DNA of 64,000 nucleotides, from the NCBI RefSeq assembly GCF_009914755.1, contig NC_060935.1; one strand, given 5' to 3'. Under the pieces are notes generated by a model. The model made no database searches, was not told where the DNA came from, and was given only the letters and a program-made list of their open reading frames with translations. Origin of the DNA: the human T2T-CHM13v2.0 reference genome, Homo sapiens. Below, one piece after another: positions 1-13,870 of the stretch. The position numbers were made by a program, and so were the translations under genes. Each line of letters begins with the position of its first letter. The first letter of the stretch is position 1.

Positions 1-282
1 TAGAAAATATACTCGCCCTTCTGTTTCTTGTTATCATCAGCTGGAGAGAATTATTGACTATGAAAGATCAGAAAGTAACACTACATCATTGCCCACTCTC
101 TTCCTGCTTGTCTACTGTTTTTTCTTTCATATTTTACTTTTTAAAACACTTTTTTGATCCACATTTTGGGAGCTTTTTTTGACTTTATTTTTTTGAGTAT
201 CTAAATTATTTTGAGGTATTTTTTGGGGTCCGCTGTATTCAGCATATTCCTGTCCACTTTTTAAACTTCTTAGAACTTTTAA

Positions 283-622
<340 letters not shown>

Positions 623-1193
623 TGGTTGCTCCTTTTTACATAGTATTCTGTTCTTATTTAATTGATGCAACATCTTGAATATCTGAGGATTTTAATTAAA
701 ATGTTTTGAAAAGGTTCTTTCTGTTCCCTGGATTATCTCTGTTTCCTTTGTGATTTTAGTCCTTTTCTTTATATGCTGTTTGTTTTCTTCCAATATCTAT
801 TGATAATTTTCAGTTTATCTTTATGAGCAAGGGTTATGCCATCAGCTATACTTTTTCTGCAACTGTATAGATCCTTGGATTAAAGAGCTACTTCTAGGCT
901 CTTTATAAGTAGGTTTTCCTCCAGAAGGCAGTTTGGGGGTTCCTACCTACACTTGCAAAGGAGGATGGCTTTTTTTTTTGGTGGCAGAGAACTTAGGAAG
1001 ACAGTATTTCACTTAAGGGCAGAGTTGCCTTTCGTTGTAATTTCTCAACTTGCTCCTCCTCTTCCCCCTAAACACACTATTGTATGTCTGTGTGGGAGGT
1101 TCAAGAACTACCTAAAGCCCTAGTTTTCTTTTCTGATACTCTCACAAGGTGAATTTTCCAGGAAGATTTTCCTTAGACAACCATTTCCTTAGA

Positions 1194-1472
1194 CATATTT
1201 ATTTATATTTATATTTATTTATATTCATATAAATTTATATATTATATATTATATCTAATTATATATTTATATGTAAAATATACCTTGTAAATAAATACAT
1301 TATTTATAATATATATTTATATATTATATTTATATATAAATTTATATTTACATAAATTTATTAAATTTATATAAATTATCTATTTATATATTTATATATA
1401 ATATATATTATATAATATTATATATTATATATAATATAATATATATAAATATATATAATATATATTATATAT
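1194..1472. repeat. AT-rich / (TA)n low-complexity tract flanked by 28-bp direct repeats
   Basis: About 280 bp of almost only A/T. attttccttagacaaccatttccttaga occurs at 1166-1193 and 1473-1500. Confidence 0.9.
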
Positions 1473-4400
1473 ATTTTCCTTAGACAACCATTTCCTTAGA
1501 AATACTTTCCTTAGACAACCATTATTCATTTTTGTTTCAGTGAAACATTTAAAGGATGGAAATAGATGTGAACATTAAGTCTTACATTATATACCACATT
1601 TTTCTTTTACTGTATGTAGGTGTTAGAGTGATTAATAAAACACACATTTGTTCAAAAACCTTACTAAACATGTAGTAAATTTTGCTGTTATGTGCATTCT
1701 CAATTGGTGGACGCTAAAGCTACAACTGTTTTCACGTAGAGGTTAAAAATACTCTTTGGTGTTAAAATTTCTCAACAAGGAACCTCTTAGTTACACTGTC
1801 AACCATCTGGGGGTGACTCCTGGAATATGATGCATGCTTGATGCCTTCATGATGCCTTCTTCATTTCAAATGCCCATCTAACCTCTTCTACTTGCAAAAT
1901 CCTACTGTTTTGAAGGTCTAGCTCAATGATCAATTTCTTTGTAAAGTTTCTCCCCATGCTGTGATACAGAATTAATTGCACTATCTTCATTATTCTCTGA
2001 GCACTCTGTCCATCCCTCTAGCATAGCAATTACCACATTATATGATTGTTGTTTACATTCTCTCTCATTCACTGCACTCTATTCTTACTTATCTTTTCAC
2101 TTTTTAAATTTCAAATACCCAATGCAGAATTAATACTTGTTGGCTTATATTGAATTGCAGATTTTTCTCTTATTATTATTAATGGTTGTCTCTGACTGTA
2201 CATAAGCAAAGCAAGGCCATAAACTGAATGGCTTGTCTTTAACCTTACCTCTATGAAGCCTTCTAGGGGAGAGCAGTCATTCCAACCACCATTCCTGGTG
2301 TTTTCTAAAATTGTGCAGGAGAAGGTTCCTGCTTTTGTGTTTCTGCGGAGATTATTATTTCTCCTTACAAGGACTTGCTATAAAAAGAGTAAAGACTCCA
2401 TTTTGAAAGATCTTTAAGAATAAATGAGAGAGAAAATGTAAATAATCTTCAATGAAGGTAAGAGTTACGGAGGAGAGAGGAGACTATGTCTCTTGCCAGA
2501 ATTTCCCTTAGGGCAGAACTTGTGTTCACCATTGGCTTTGTATTATTTGTTCATTCATCCATTTACTGAATATATATTTAGGGAGTGCCTATGGTGTGCC
2601 AGACATTGCTTCAGTCCTAAGGAAAATGCTAAATATGGTAGAAGAGGTCTCTGTCTTTATGTAGTTTACAATCCCCTGGGCATTTCACCAGGTTGCCAAG
2701 TGACTCATGTGGAAGTCAACCCAGTGGCATGTCAATAGATAATTAGTCAATGGTGTTTGTCAGGTATTTCTTATGTGTTCATATCAGTGCTAAGCTTTGT
2801 AGGTAGATCCTTTCTGTAAAGAATTTAGAATGTAAAAATTAGTAGAGTCCTGTACAAAATGGCATAAAGAGTCATCAAATCAGATGGTTCATAATACAAG
2901 GACATTAGCAGTTCAGAGAGTCTTAGGATCAGTTTGTCTGGAAGTACGATAGATGGGCATACCAGAGGCCTTTGGATGATCCCCTGAAGCCCTTTTCCCC
3001 TGCTCCCTCTACCTCCAGTGCCTAGCATGCATACTTGCCTAATGAAAGAGTTTTAAAATGTTTGCTGTGGTTGAAAGCCTATGCAACTGTATGTGGATCC
3101 AGGTCCACAGCCAAGTTTCACAGGAAGCGTTAATGAACTTGAGGCCTAAAGAATAAGGAGTAAATAGATTGTGATGGGGCACAAGAGGATTCCAGATAGA
3201 CCAAGAACATGTGTGGAGGCCTAGAGGAGGCAGAGAGCAGGGATTTCAAGGGCTCTATTCTGTCAGTATGGCAGGAGCATAGAGAAGACAGTATGGGAGT
3301 GTCAGGAGATGAAGCTGGAAACACGGAAGTGAAATCATGTAGGATTTTGTTACCCTGCTGATGTTATATAATAGAGGTCCTCTGCCTGCATAATGCCCAA
3401 TCATGGTGTGACACTCTCTATGACTTTGACGTGTTGTTATAAATTCATTTTTGATTTTAGGTTTTGCTAACATACACATTTACAGACATCCACGCAAATA
3501 CACATGCAAAGTTTTATGAAAGAGCGCTTGACATGATCCCTTTTGTGCAGACTATGAAGTCCTCCAATGACAAAAATTGACAATTCAGGGGTGAATGATT
3601 ACTTTGTAATGTCGACAAAAGAGTAAAGCCACAAGGTCTTAAGACAAAATGAATCTGTTGAAGGAGAGGGAAAATGGTTAAGTATGAAGACAAAGCTCAA
3701 GAAAAGATTATTATGGAAGATAAGAAATAGTACTCAGTATAAAAATTACCCTTGATGTGTGACTCAGCTCCAGCATATAGTGAGTTCTATTCTTGTGTCT
3801 GTCACAGGAGGAATCTAGATAGGACCTCATCCTCGTCTTCTACTAAGATTGCAAAAAGGAGATGAGCTATCCTATTTCTTCTTGCAAAATAACAGAGCTT
3901 GCCTGGGAAGAGTATATTAATGGGCCAATTACAGCTCCATACTTAAATATGCAGACAGCTTTCAATTACTGGAATGGAGAGAGATGAGAATGTAAAAAAA
4001 AAAAAAAAAAAAAGGAAAGAAAGCCTAACGACAGACAATCCAAAAGTCACTGAATCTTGGCTTTTGAATGAATTGCATTGTTTTCTTGCAGCAGCAGATT
4101 TGTGTTCCTAATTATGCCTTGCTTAAGCTAATATTAAAATGAGTTTGCATTCCCAGAGAAAGCACACACCAGCTGGGGAAAGAAAAGAGAGGGTCCAAAA
4201 ACTTGGTGAGTGATGGGATAGGGGTAGTCATAAAGGAAGGGGTCTAGGGCTAAATATTTGCTATAATAATAAAATATAGCCCTCCTAGCTCTTCCCAAAT
4301 CACATCAATATGTTGTAGCACACAAATACACACACACACACATGAAAATTTATTATTGCTAAATCAAGAAACCGAATAAAAGCAAGCACAACTTTACATA

Positions 4401-5249
4401 TAATGTAGAAAATAATTTCTTGTTTAAGATTATCTTGCATTTCAAAAACCAAATTGTCTTTGTTATAATATAGTGGTGGGGGGAATCACACTTAAAAGCT
4501 GTGTGACCTCTGTGAAATTTAAACTTTAATTATCACTTAACCTATGAAAACTCTGCCAATATTATAACAGTAAGTCCCTTCAGAACCATAATTCAATTTC
4601 TGCCCGTGGGTTATATGGATAAATACTGTAAGAGGGGAAAATCAATTATGTGAACATTTAAGTGAGCCATAAAATCCAGGATTCCTTCTGGAGATGAGAG
4701 TTCCTAAATGTTATTTGAGAATTCCAGGATTATGTCAAAAGAATAATTATACCACCTTACTCTAGAGATAACTAAGGTTGATGACCATGCCTGGTAAGTG
4801 AGAATCTGAAAAAGTACAATCATAGTCACGGAATTTATACTGACAGAGAATATTAGAGAGCAAAGAGGCTGATAGAAGTAGCCGCTAAGATTTACTGAGT
4901 ATTTACTATGGGGTATGCATGGCTTTAGTCCAACCCTTTCTGTTAGAAGTAAGGAAATTGAGGTCTGTGGAGGTAAAAAGACGTAGCCAAGCTGCCCAAT
5001 TAGGAATGGCCAGAGGCAGAACTAGAACTCAAGATTTCTGACTCTTACTCCAGGGCTTTCCTTCTACTCCAGACTCTTTCTGTGAGCTAGAAGATCCTAT
5101 CAATCAATCACACCTGCAGACTTTTTTTTTTTTTTTTCCATCACATAAATGTGCTGGGTACAGTGGAAAAAGCATGGACTTTAGACTCCAACCTCGATTT
5201 GATCACTTGCTTCTTACTAGAAAGTCTGACCTCCTGAAGGACTGCTGTG

Positions 5250-5742
5250 TTTCTCCGCCACTTCCTGGAATAAAGTCCAACATCCTTGCTTGGTCTGCAA
5301 GGCTGGCGCTGGTGGCTGAGGCTGTACTAATCTCACCAGCTTCACCTTATGATAGTTCCACCTCTGGCCTCTGCTCTACCTGTCCTGGCATGTTTTCCCT
5401 TCTTTGAAAGGCCATGCTTCCTTCTGCTGTTGGGGCTCCGTGGTGCTGGTGTGGGGAGTGCTCATTTGCCCCCCTCCTGAGTAATTCCTCGGGTCTCAAC
5501 TTCAATCTCGCTTCCTCCGGGAGGTCTTCTTGGATCTCCAGATTGGGTTGGCTCCCTCTGCTACTTGTTCTCACAGCATTTTCACTTTCCCTACCATAAT
5601 TAATTAATTACTTGTGTGGTTGTTGAATTGACACTCCCCTACAAGGATGCAAGCTTTGTGAGGCAGGGACAGGGTCTTTATTGTACATTTTAGTGTCCCC
5701 AGTACTGAGGTCCCTAGGAGGCACTTAAATATATGAATGAAG
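5250..5742 (+). mobile_element. L2 LINE 3' end relic
   Basis: ggaataaagtccaacatcctt ... aagctttgtgaggcagggacagggtc ... gcacttaaatatatgaatgaa, typical of an L2 3' terminus. Boundaries approximate. Confidence 0.65.
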
Positions 5743-6530
5743 GAACCCACCTCGAACCTCAGTTTTTTTCTTCTATAAAGTAGATATAACAAGCACTGGG
5801 GATTGTCAGTGTTAAAAGGCATATTTATTTAAGGTATCCTGTTCAGCACTAGCAGCAGCATAGAACTTGATAAATGTGATTTCCATTTTATGCACCTTCT
5901 TCCTTCCAAGACAGTGCTCTGAGGCACCATGACTGCTGAAACATCTTAAAAAAAAAAAGAAAAGGAATTACCTTCTGCATAGTTTAGGTACAAAGTGTAT
6001 TTTATGAATTCTGTGTCCTTGCATCCTGGTTGCCCACTGATGGTATATGTGGCAGCTTCCCATGAAACAGTGTATTTGATAAAACAGGGCACCTCACTTC
6101 CCAGCTGGACAGGATAGCACAGCGCTTACTGTAGGCATCATTCTATCATTCTTTTGGGGTCAGAACATGAAGCTAATCACCCTGCTGAATATGGAACAGA
6201 TGAAAGGGGCGCAGCTGCTTTTCTCAGCTGGTGAGCTGCTGGAGCTTGAACCAGTGTGGTTTTCAGGTGTCTTTTTCCCCCAAAACCCAGACAGAGTGAC
6301 AAGGAGGTGGCTCGGATTTGTGCTTACTGAAAGACCCTGGCCATGCTTTCCTTTGGAAGGAAACCCTTAGTTCTCTTCCTTCCCCCACAGCTAGAATCCA
6401 GACTGCCTGAAGACAATGAACTTTGTTTCCTTCTCAGCAGGCTCTCCTGTGGATTGTAACTCTCCTGGAAGCCCTTGACCCTCTGCCGCTTTGGAAACTC
6501 TGTGAGGAGTATGGGAGAGGAAACTGATAG

Positions 6531-6850
<320 letters not shown>

Positions 6851-7163
6851 TGTTCTTTGTTTTTAACATAAGGAGAGGTGAGATGCAGCATGTTCAGGGA
6901 TGTTGGCAACAGAGAAGTCATGTCACAAACTCTTTAGGATCAAGCTATGGATGGGTCAAGTTTGGGCTTACATTAAAGGGAAAGGAAACATTTTACTGTA
7001 ATTTAAGGCAATAAAGCTAGTGTTTAAGGCCATGGGTATGAGATTAGATTTAGAACCAAGACTTGCCATTTATCTGTCTGGCCTTGGGTAATTACTTTAC
7101 CTTTCGAAAACTCAGTTTACTCATTTGCAAAGTGGACACACTTTTAGTACCTATCTTATAGGG

Positions 7164-7332
7164 TAGGGATTGGCAAATTTTTTTCTGAAAAGGGCCAGAG
7201 GGTAAATATTTTAGGCTTTACAATACAGATAGTCTTCGTATCAAATTCTTTTTGTTTCTTAAACCTTCAAAAATATACAATTATCTTGAGGGCTATGCAA
7301 AGCAGTCCCAGGGCCATACTTGGCGTCCCCTG
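7164..7332. mobile_element. MER58-like hAT MITE inserted in a MIR
   Basis: gggattggcaaatttttttctgaaaagggccagagggtaaatattttaggcttt resembles the MER58 terminus and the element ends gtcccctg. MIR-like sequence on both sides (~7020-7160, ~7335-7460). Confidence 0.7.
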
Positions 7333-8841
7333 TGCAGGATTAGATGAGTAAGTGAGATAAAATATATAACATTGGACCTAATGTTTTATCTATATATGTT
7401 ATGTATTGGTCCATTACATTGGACCTAAAACATAGTGAATTCTCAACAAGCAGTCAATGTGATTATTCACACCTGGTGATTGTGTGGAACGCTAACTAAG
7501 GGCAACAACCAGAACTTCAGGCTTATAAACTCAGCAACCCTGCCACACACACATCTAACAAAACGTACATTTACAAAGGAAAATGTAACTCATACAAATC
7601 GGAACTATTAATATGATCCTCATTATTTGACTTAAAGCATTTGAAAATTAAATATTAAATGCCCCTTTATGGGGGACAGCTGGGTGCCAAGCCTTTGCCA
7701 TGCACCCCTTGTGTGTTATTTCACCACATTCCTGCTGGGTAGTTTCTATTGTCGCTGTTACAGAAGAAGAGCAGAGGCTTGAGGAAGGAAACTACCCCCG
7801 AAAACCAGTTCTGTCTGCCCAGGGCCTTCTAGTCTCTATTCTCTTTTTAATATACATGCATTTGCATCATCTTTTGCTCCCTGACTCTGAAATAGATGGC
7901 TGCCTGCTGAATGGAATTTAATGAGTGGTATACTAATTGTATACCTCCTGTGTGCCAAGCCCTGTGCTACGCACTGGAATTTTTTTTGAAGAGATAAAAC
8001 AGTCTCTCTTGTTAAAGAGTTCAGAGTCTAGCAGGAAAGACACTACCTGTATAGCAAATCATAACATATTATGAAAGCATTCTATCAGTCATGCTTGGCA
8101 GAAACTTACCAAGTCAAGTCTTTGTCTTTTGAAGGCCATTGTGACAATGCCTAGATTTGTATTAAAAATATCCAGCTTGGATCCTATCACAATCTCCTAC
8201 TTCAATATAAAATCTTCATCAGCTCCCTGTTACCCACAGAATGAAGCTCACACTTCTTGGATTCTATTCAAGGCTTTAAACCAAAACTTCCCAGTGGGTG
8301 TGCCAGATACGCTGAGAGGCTGATCCACCACAGAGCCTTGTCCTTTTCCCCTGATGTACGCTACACATATGATCATTATTCTACACGTGCCTTAATCTGA
8401 AGTTTGGGAAGAACTGTTTTTTACGACCTGTCCCTGACTTACCTTTCCTGCCTAATTGCCCTCAGCTGTCGCAGCGCACATGGTGTCTGCTCACTGATCC
8501 TTATACGTTGTCCATGTTTTTCAACCTCCACACCTTTGCTTATGTGGTTGTCTCTGTCTAGAAGTCCTGCCCTACCATTTGACTACTTCTGCATAGCCTG
8601 CAAATGCTTTACAACGATAACCAATAAGTTAGGTCTTTCATGAAGAATTGTCCAAGTTCATTGTCCCTTGAACTTTAATACTGTCTTATCTTTTTTATGG
8701 CACATGTCCTCTGTTATATCCTTAGTAGTAAAAGGACCTAGTGCTGCTGAGTCCGGCATGCAGTAGGGCTCAGGTGGCCAGCTGGCCAGCCCGCCTGTCT
8801 TTCCTGCTCTATTCGTGGAATCTTAGGAAAATTACTTATAT

Positions 8842-9022
8842 CAGTGGCTCTTAAACATGGCTGCACATTAGAATTGCCTGAAAAGGTGTTTTATTTTGTT
8901 CTTTAATATCTGGATGACCAGGAAATACCCCAGACCAATTAAATAAAAAACTCTAGAGGGTCGGCTCCAGCGTCAAACCTCCCCAGGTGACTCCGCTATG
9001 CAGTCAGGGTCAACAGCCACTG
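8842..9022. mobile_element. MER5-family hAT MITE
   Basis: Terminal inverted repeats cagtggct...agccactg; internal ggctgcacattagaat and ccccaggtgactc..tatgcag. Confidence 0.75.
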
Positions 9023-11029
9023 TTTTAAACAATCTGAGCTTTGTTTCCAGGGTTTTTCTAAATATTAAATGCAATGTTTGCAAAAGCTTGGCCCAGTTCC
9101 TGGTGCATAGTGAGTGTGCAGTAACTGTTAATTGTTGTATTATATTTTACCCTGGTTTTTCAGTCCATTGCTAATAATGTCTTGCACAGAGTAGGTACTG
9201 AATAAACACTGGTTGAATGAACAAATGCTACTTAGGGAGACCTAAGAGGAAGCCCTAGAAGGTTGTTGCTGAGAAATGGCTTCAATGAGGAACTAAAGCT
9301 TGTGCCTAGAGAAGAGGCATGGGGTTGGCAGAGGGGCAAGTGTTCTATTCTGGGTGCAGGCAATGGGGTGGAGGGGGGTGTTAGCATTTACAGGCTTTGA
9401 AAGCAATAATAAAACCAAATAAAAGTCAGTCTGCTTTTTGTTATCACCATGCACTGGAAATTCCTAGCAACACCAGTGATAAAGTGTTTCTTGCAGGAGC
9501 AGACTTCTCCCAACATCCCTGCCCCCCTTCCCCTTACCTTGGTAACCACTGGCCTGTAGCCCAGCAGGAAAGGACTGAAGAGCTCTTATAGTCAGCACTA
9601 TTAATGAACTAAATGGCTTGAGAAAGAAACAAGGGAACTGTAAATTATATTTATAAATTAAGTCATATAAAGCTGGACTAAGTAATTAAACTGTGCACCC
9701 ATAATTAAATACTTGTATAGCATTTGGGCTCTGAGACTTCTTTCTGCTGTAATAAACTAGCTTTGACCTCTAAATGGTTGGCGGTCTGTGTGGTGAGCTA
9801 ATGACTCATACAGAGGTGCTGGGCAGAGTGATGCCAAGGTCACTGTCTAAACAGAAGGATCCTTGAGGGATGCCCATAGAGGTGGTCAAAGCGATGGGTA
9901 AGTGATACACAGGGCAAGTGGTAAGTAGAGAGAAATCCTCACACTCCCGCAAACCTATGAGACGCAACGTTAGCATCCTAGATTAGTGAAGGAAGGTCAA
10001 GAAGCAGGCTGAACAGAAAGGGAAGGTCTTCCTATTTTCGGCCCCAGACAACCCTCACACTTTCACTTCCTATTCTCCCCTTCTGCTGCCCCACCTAGAG
10101 CCCCAGAAGTCAATATGCATTCTTTTAACACAATCTGCTTCTAATGTCTCTCTCTGCCTTTGCCCTTGTCATTCCCTGCATGTCCTTCCCTTCTCCTTTC
10201 CTCATTTAGCCATTTAGTCCTTCAAGATTTAGCTCCAGGGTACCTCAGGGAGCATATTTCTGGCTCATTTTGGCAGGTGATAAGTATCCCTCTGGTTCCC
10301 ACAGTTACACTGAGGTATAATCCTCTACAGAACCTCTCCCCCTATAAGGTCCTAGGGACCAAAGCTCCTCTTACTAGTTCCTAAAAGTTGCTTGGCACAA
10401 AGGAAGATGCTTAATACTCATCTGCTAAGTGAGTAAATGAATGAAGGATAGTTCTGTGAAGAAGGAGGTGGTATTCTTATTTTTCAGGTAGAAGAGCTAG
10501 ACTATAAGCTCTTGAGGCTAGGAGCTATATTTTACTCAATTCTATATGGGCAGCAGCAAGGTGCTCAGCAGACAGAAATTGTTCCATGAATATTTGCTAG
10601 GTGAACAGGAGACATCAAAAGGAGATAGGCTTTGGCACAAATTCCCCTTATCCCAGCTCCTCGCCTCCAAATAGAGTAAGCATACTGCTAGCACAGGTGT
10701 CAATGTAAACTGGTGTTTACAAAGCATTACTGTCTGTATAGTAAAAAGATGAAAAGAGAGCCAGAGCAGCCTTAAAATAGAGATCACACAAGAAATGAGG
10801 AGTCAAGAGGGCACAGTTAGGTTTCAGGGGAGAGTGATCAGCTGTCAGATAAGCTATGCAAATGGTAAGGGAATGTTTTCAGGATGAAAGAAGGAGAGGG
10901 GAGAGAACTGGGAGTTGGCGGCACTGAACCAGGAGGTGCTGGGAGGAGTCCAAGGGAGAGACCCAGCTGACTGTGTTGCTCACAAGCACCCAAGTGGTTC
11001 AGAGATGTGCCAGGGTTTGAAATCTGCTG

Positions 11030-11265
11030 GCAGTGGTTAAAGAACTCAGACTCTGGGCTCACATAGAACTGCCTAGGGTAGAGGTCTGCATTGCCATTCC
11101 TTATGTGTGACCTTGGGGAAGTTGCATCATATCTCTAAATCTCAGTCTCCTTATATGTATAATGGGAATAAATGTATCTACCTCTTAGTGTAGTTGTGAG
11201 AAATCAATGAGTTAATATATATAAGCAGTGCCTGGTACAGAGTAACTGCTCAATAAATATCAGCA
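11030..11265 (+). mobile_element. MIR SINE
   Basis: cagtggttaaaga..gactctgg..tgtgtgaccttggggaagtt..ctcagtctccttat..gtgcctggtacagagtaactgctcaataaat; near full-length MIR. Confidence 0.8.
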
Positions 11266-13659
11266 GTAATAGTTACATGTAAAATCTAATTTGACATCTG
11301 ACTCACAGATTCCATGTTTTTCTGTGCCCTTTACCCCAAGAAAGGGGAAAGCCCAAAGGGCCTCTGAGCACCCCTTATTTCTATAGGTAGCAGATATAGG
11401 AAGCTGGAGGGAAGAGCATTACACACTTCTTAGGCATTGTTTTTATTAGGGCTTCACTATGTTCATTCTGTTATGAAGTTTTGTGTTCCCCAGTGGGGTG
11501 CACAAGAGCCAATTGTGTATCCCTGGGAAAGTGAAGTGACCTCTCTGAGCCTTAGATCACCCATTTGTAAGTTTAGGAGGATTGTTTTTCTGATTCCCTA
11601 ATGGCCTTTCTTATCTAACATTTCATGATGCCACTAAGTCTAAATCAGTCAAGGCCTGAGCTGGGAGTCGGGGGAGAGGTGGGCACTGGCTGGGGACATC
11701 CTAGTTGCTTGTAAGGTCAGGGAGCTGCCATGGTTGCGGTCTTCAGTCTCAGAGTTCCAGAGAGTACTCAGAATGGCTGTATATCCTGCACTGGGAGAAG
11801 GGCAGAGGGATGAATGTCCCAGCGGGCCTCTGTTCTGGTCGGGCAGTGGCCATGAAACATCTACTGGGGAGCAGGGCAAGTATAAAGAAATATTGCAGGG
11901 GGTCCCTGCAGCCATTTGTCTCTCTGCAGCCCTGAATTTACAGGATTGCCAGGTAAGAATTAGATTAGATACTGCAATGTTTTCTCAGACCAGATGTCCT
12001 ATCGTGTAAATCCCCTCAATATCAACCCTTACGGGCTTAATGAAGTTGCAAGAAAACCCCTGCACTCTCTACTTGAGCCCTCAGATTTATTTAGGTCATC
12101 TATAATTTGAGAAAATATCCTTTTCCATACCCAAAGGCTCCTTTCTGTGCTTCTCTCTTTTTCTCTCTCTCTTTCCCTGCAGACATGTTTTTCTGTAAAT
12201 ACTGCAGCTCAGCTCTGAATCACACATCAAAGCATTTCTTCTTCATTCATCTTTTGAGGCCAAATTGCAATTTATAATGTCTGTGGTTTTCACTAATCTG
12301 TTTCCATGTCATCTCACTTTAAATCAGCAGAAAGCAGCTCACAATAACACACTGAAGCTGCCCCATGGAAGCGAAGAGTGTAATTTGAGAACGGCATTAT
12401 TGAGTCTCAGTACCCACAGGTAGAACTGTCTGGGGCCTTTATTATACCCAACATTAATCTCGGTAAACAACTTGTTTTGATGAAAGCTGAAAGCCAGATG
12501 AAACAACGAAAATTCATGGTTATCAGAAAACAAAACATGATCCCTTTCTCCTCCCACCTCTTCCTGCACTTTTCTGTGACATCTAAGCCTTTGATAATTT
12601 GGGCCCCATAAAGGGAGGGCGGAAGTCAGGCTGTTTGCCTCAAAGAACATGCCGGTAGACCGTTCCAGAACCTTTTGAGAGTGGACATTTGCAGAGCCGG
12701 GTCAGAGTCTAGGGCCTGGGAGGAGTCCTGGAGAGCTACAGGTTTTGTGATTTTTTTTTTTTCCCCTCGGAAGAAAGCATTCCTGAAGGCAATTATTATG
12801 CCTTGTTATTTAACCCCAGCTGGTTGTCTCCGGGGAACAGAGCTGACATCCATTGTGATCATCCTCAGCTTTTCGGGTGAAACATGGTTCCTTAGAGGCT
12901 CCAGGATCTAAGGGGGTGTGATAAACCAGGAACACATACACTAATGGAAAATATTTGCATGGATAAGCTAGGGTTAAACACACCATTGAATAAAAACCGT
13001 ATTGTTAAGCACATCAGTTTTTCACAAGTACTGGATGAAAATACTAGTATGAATAATCTTTATTCTTGCTGAATTTCTCTAGGGGACTTTAAGGAGCTTA
13101 GTTGTCACTCAGGCCAACCAATGGAAGGTTGACGATTTAGCATCTCCAAGTCCTAGGAGTGCCTCAGGGTTTAATTTCAGGCCCAACTCCCTCCAGGCTA
13201 ATAGAATCTGCCCTACTTTCCCAGAGAGGAGCCAGTAAAGATCTCCTTGTTTGATCTTCTGGGAAGTACACTAGCCACAGAAAGGTAGCGAGTCAGGGGA
13301 GACCTGGGGGTGCAGGTAGTGGGGAGTGTTGAGGGTCTGGGAGATAGGGAAGGAGGAGACTTTGGTTAAAATTCCTAGTTCAGTCTTCCCTGGGAAGGAG
13401 CTGCACCATCATAACACTATACAACGTGCTTTAGTTTACAAAGCAAATTCAGATTAAAATGTTCTGTATAATATAAGCCAGGAAGGAGACATTATCTTCA
13501 TTTTGTAGATGAGGAAATCAAATCTCTGAGAGACTGCAGTAATTAATTGCCCACAATTACACAGCTATTAATACTAAGGGGCAAAAGGAAATCTTCAAAG
13601 CCAGTGTTTCTGTCATACTCCAGTCTGCTCACAGAAACTAACCAGGCTAAGGTTAAACC

Positions 13660-13870
13660 CATCACTGAATAAGCACGGAGCTGGTACTTGCAGGTCATCC
13701 AATCCTCACTGTAACTGAGCGAAGTAGATGTTATTGTCTCCATTTTACAGATGGGTAAACTGAACTCTGGAGCATTTAAACCTCCTTCCCAATGTCACAC
13801 AGCTAGTAAGTGGCAGAGCTTGGATTTGAACCTAAGTCTTCTGATCCTAAATGCAGCATTCTTTCTAAGT
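13660..13870 (-). mobile_element. MIR SINE
   Basis: ctccattttacagatgggtaaactga...gtcacacagctagtaagtggcagagcttggatttgaacc (MIR core, antisense). A second MIR relic lies at ~13430-13620. Confidence 0.75.
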
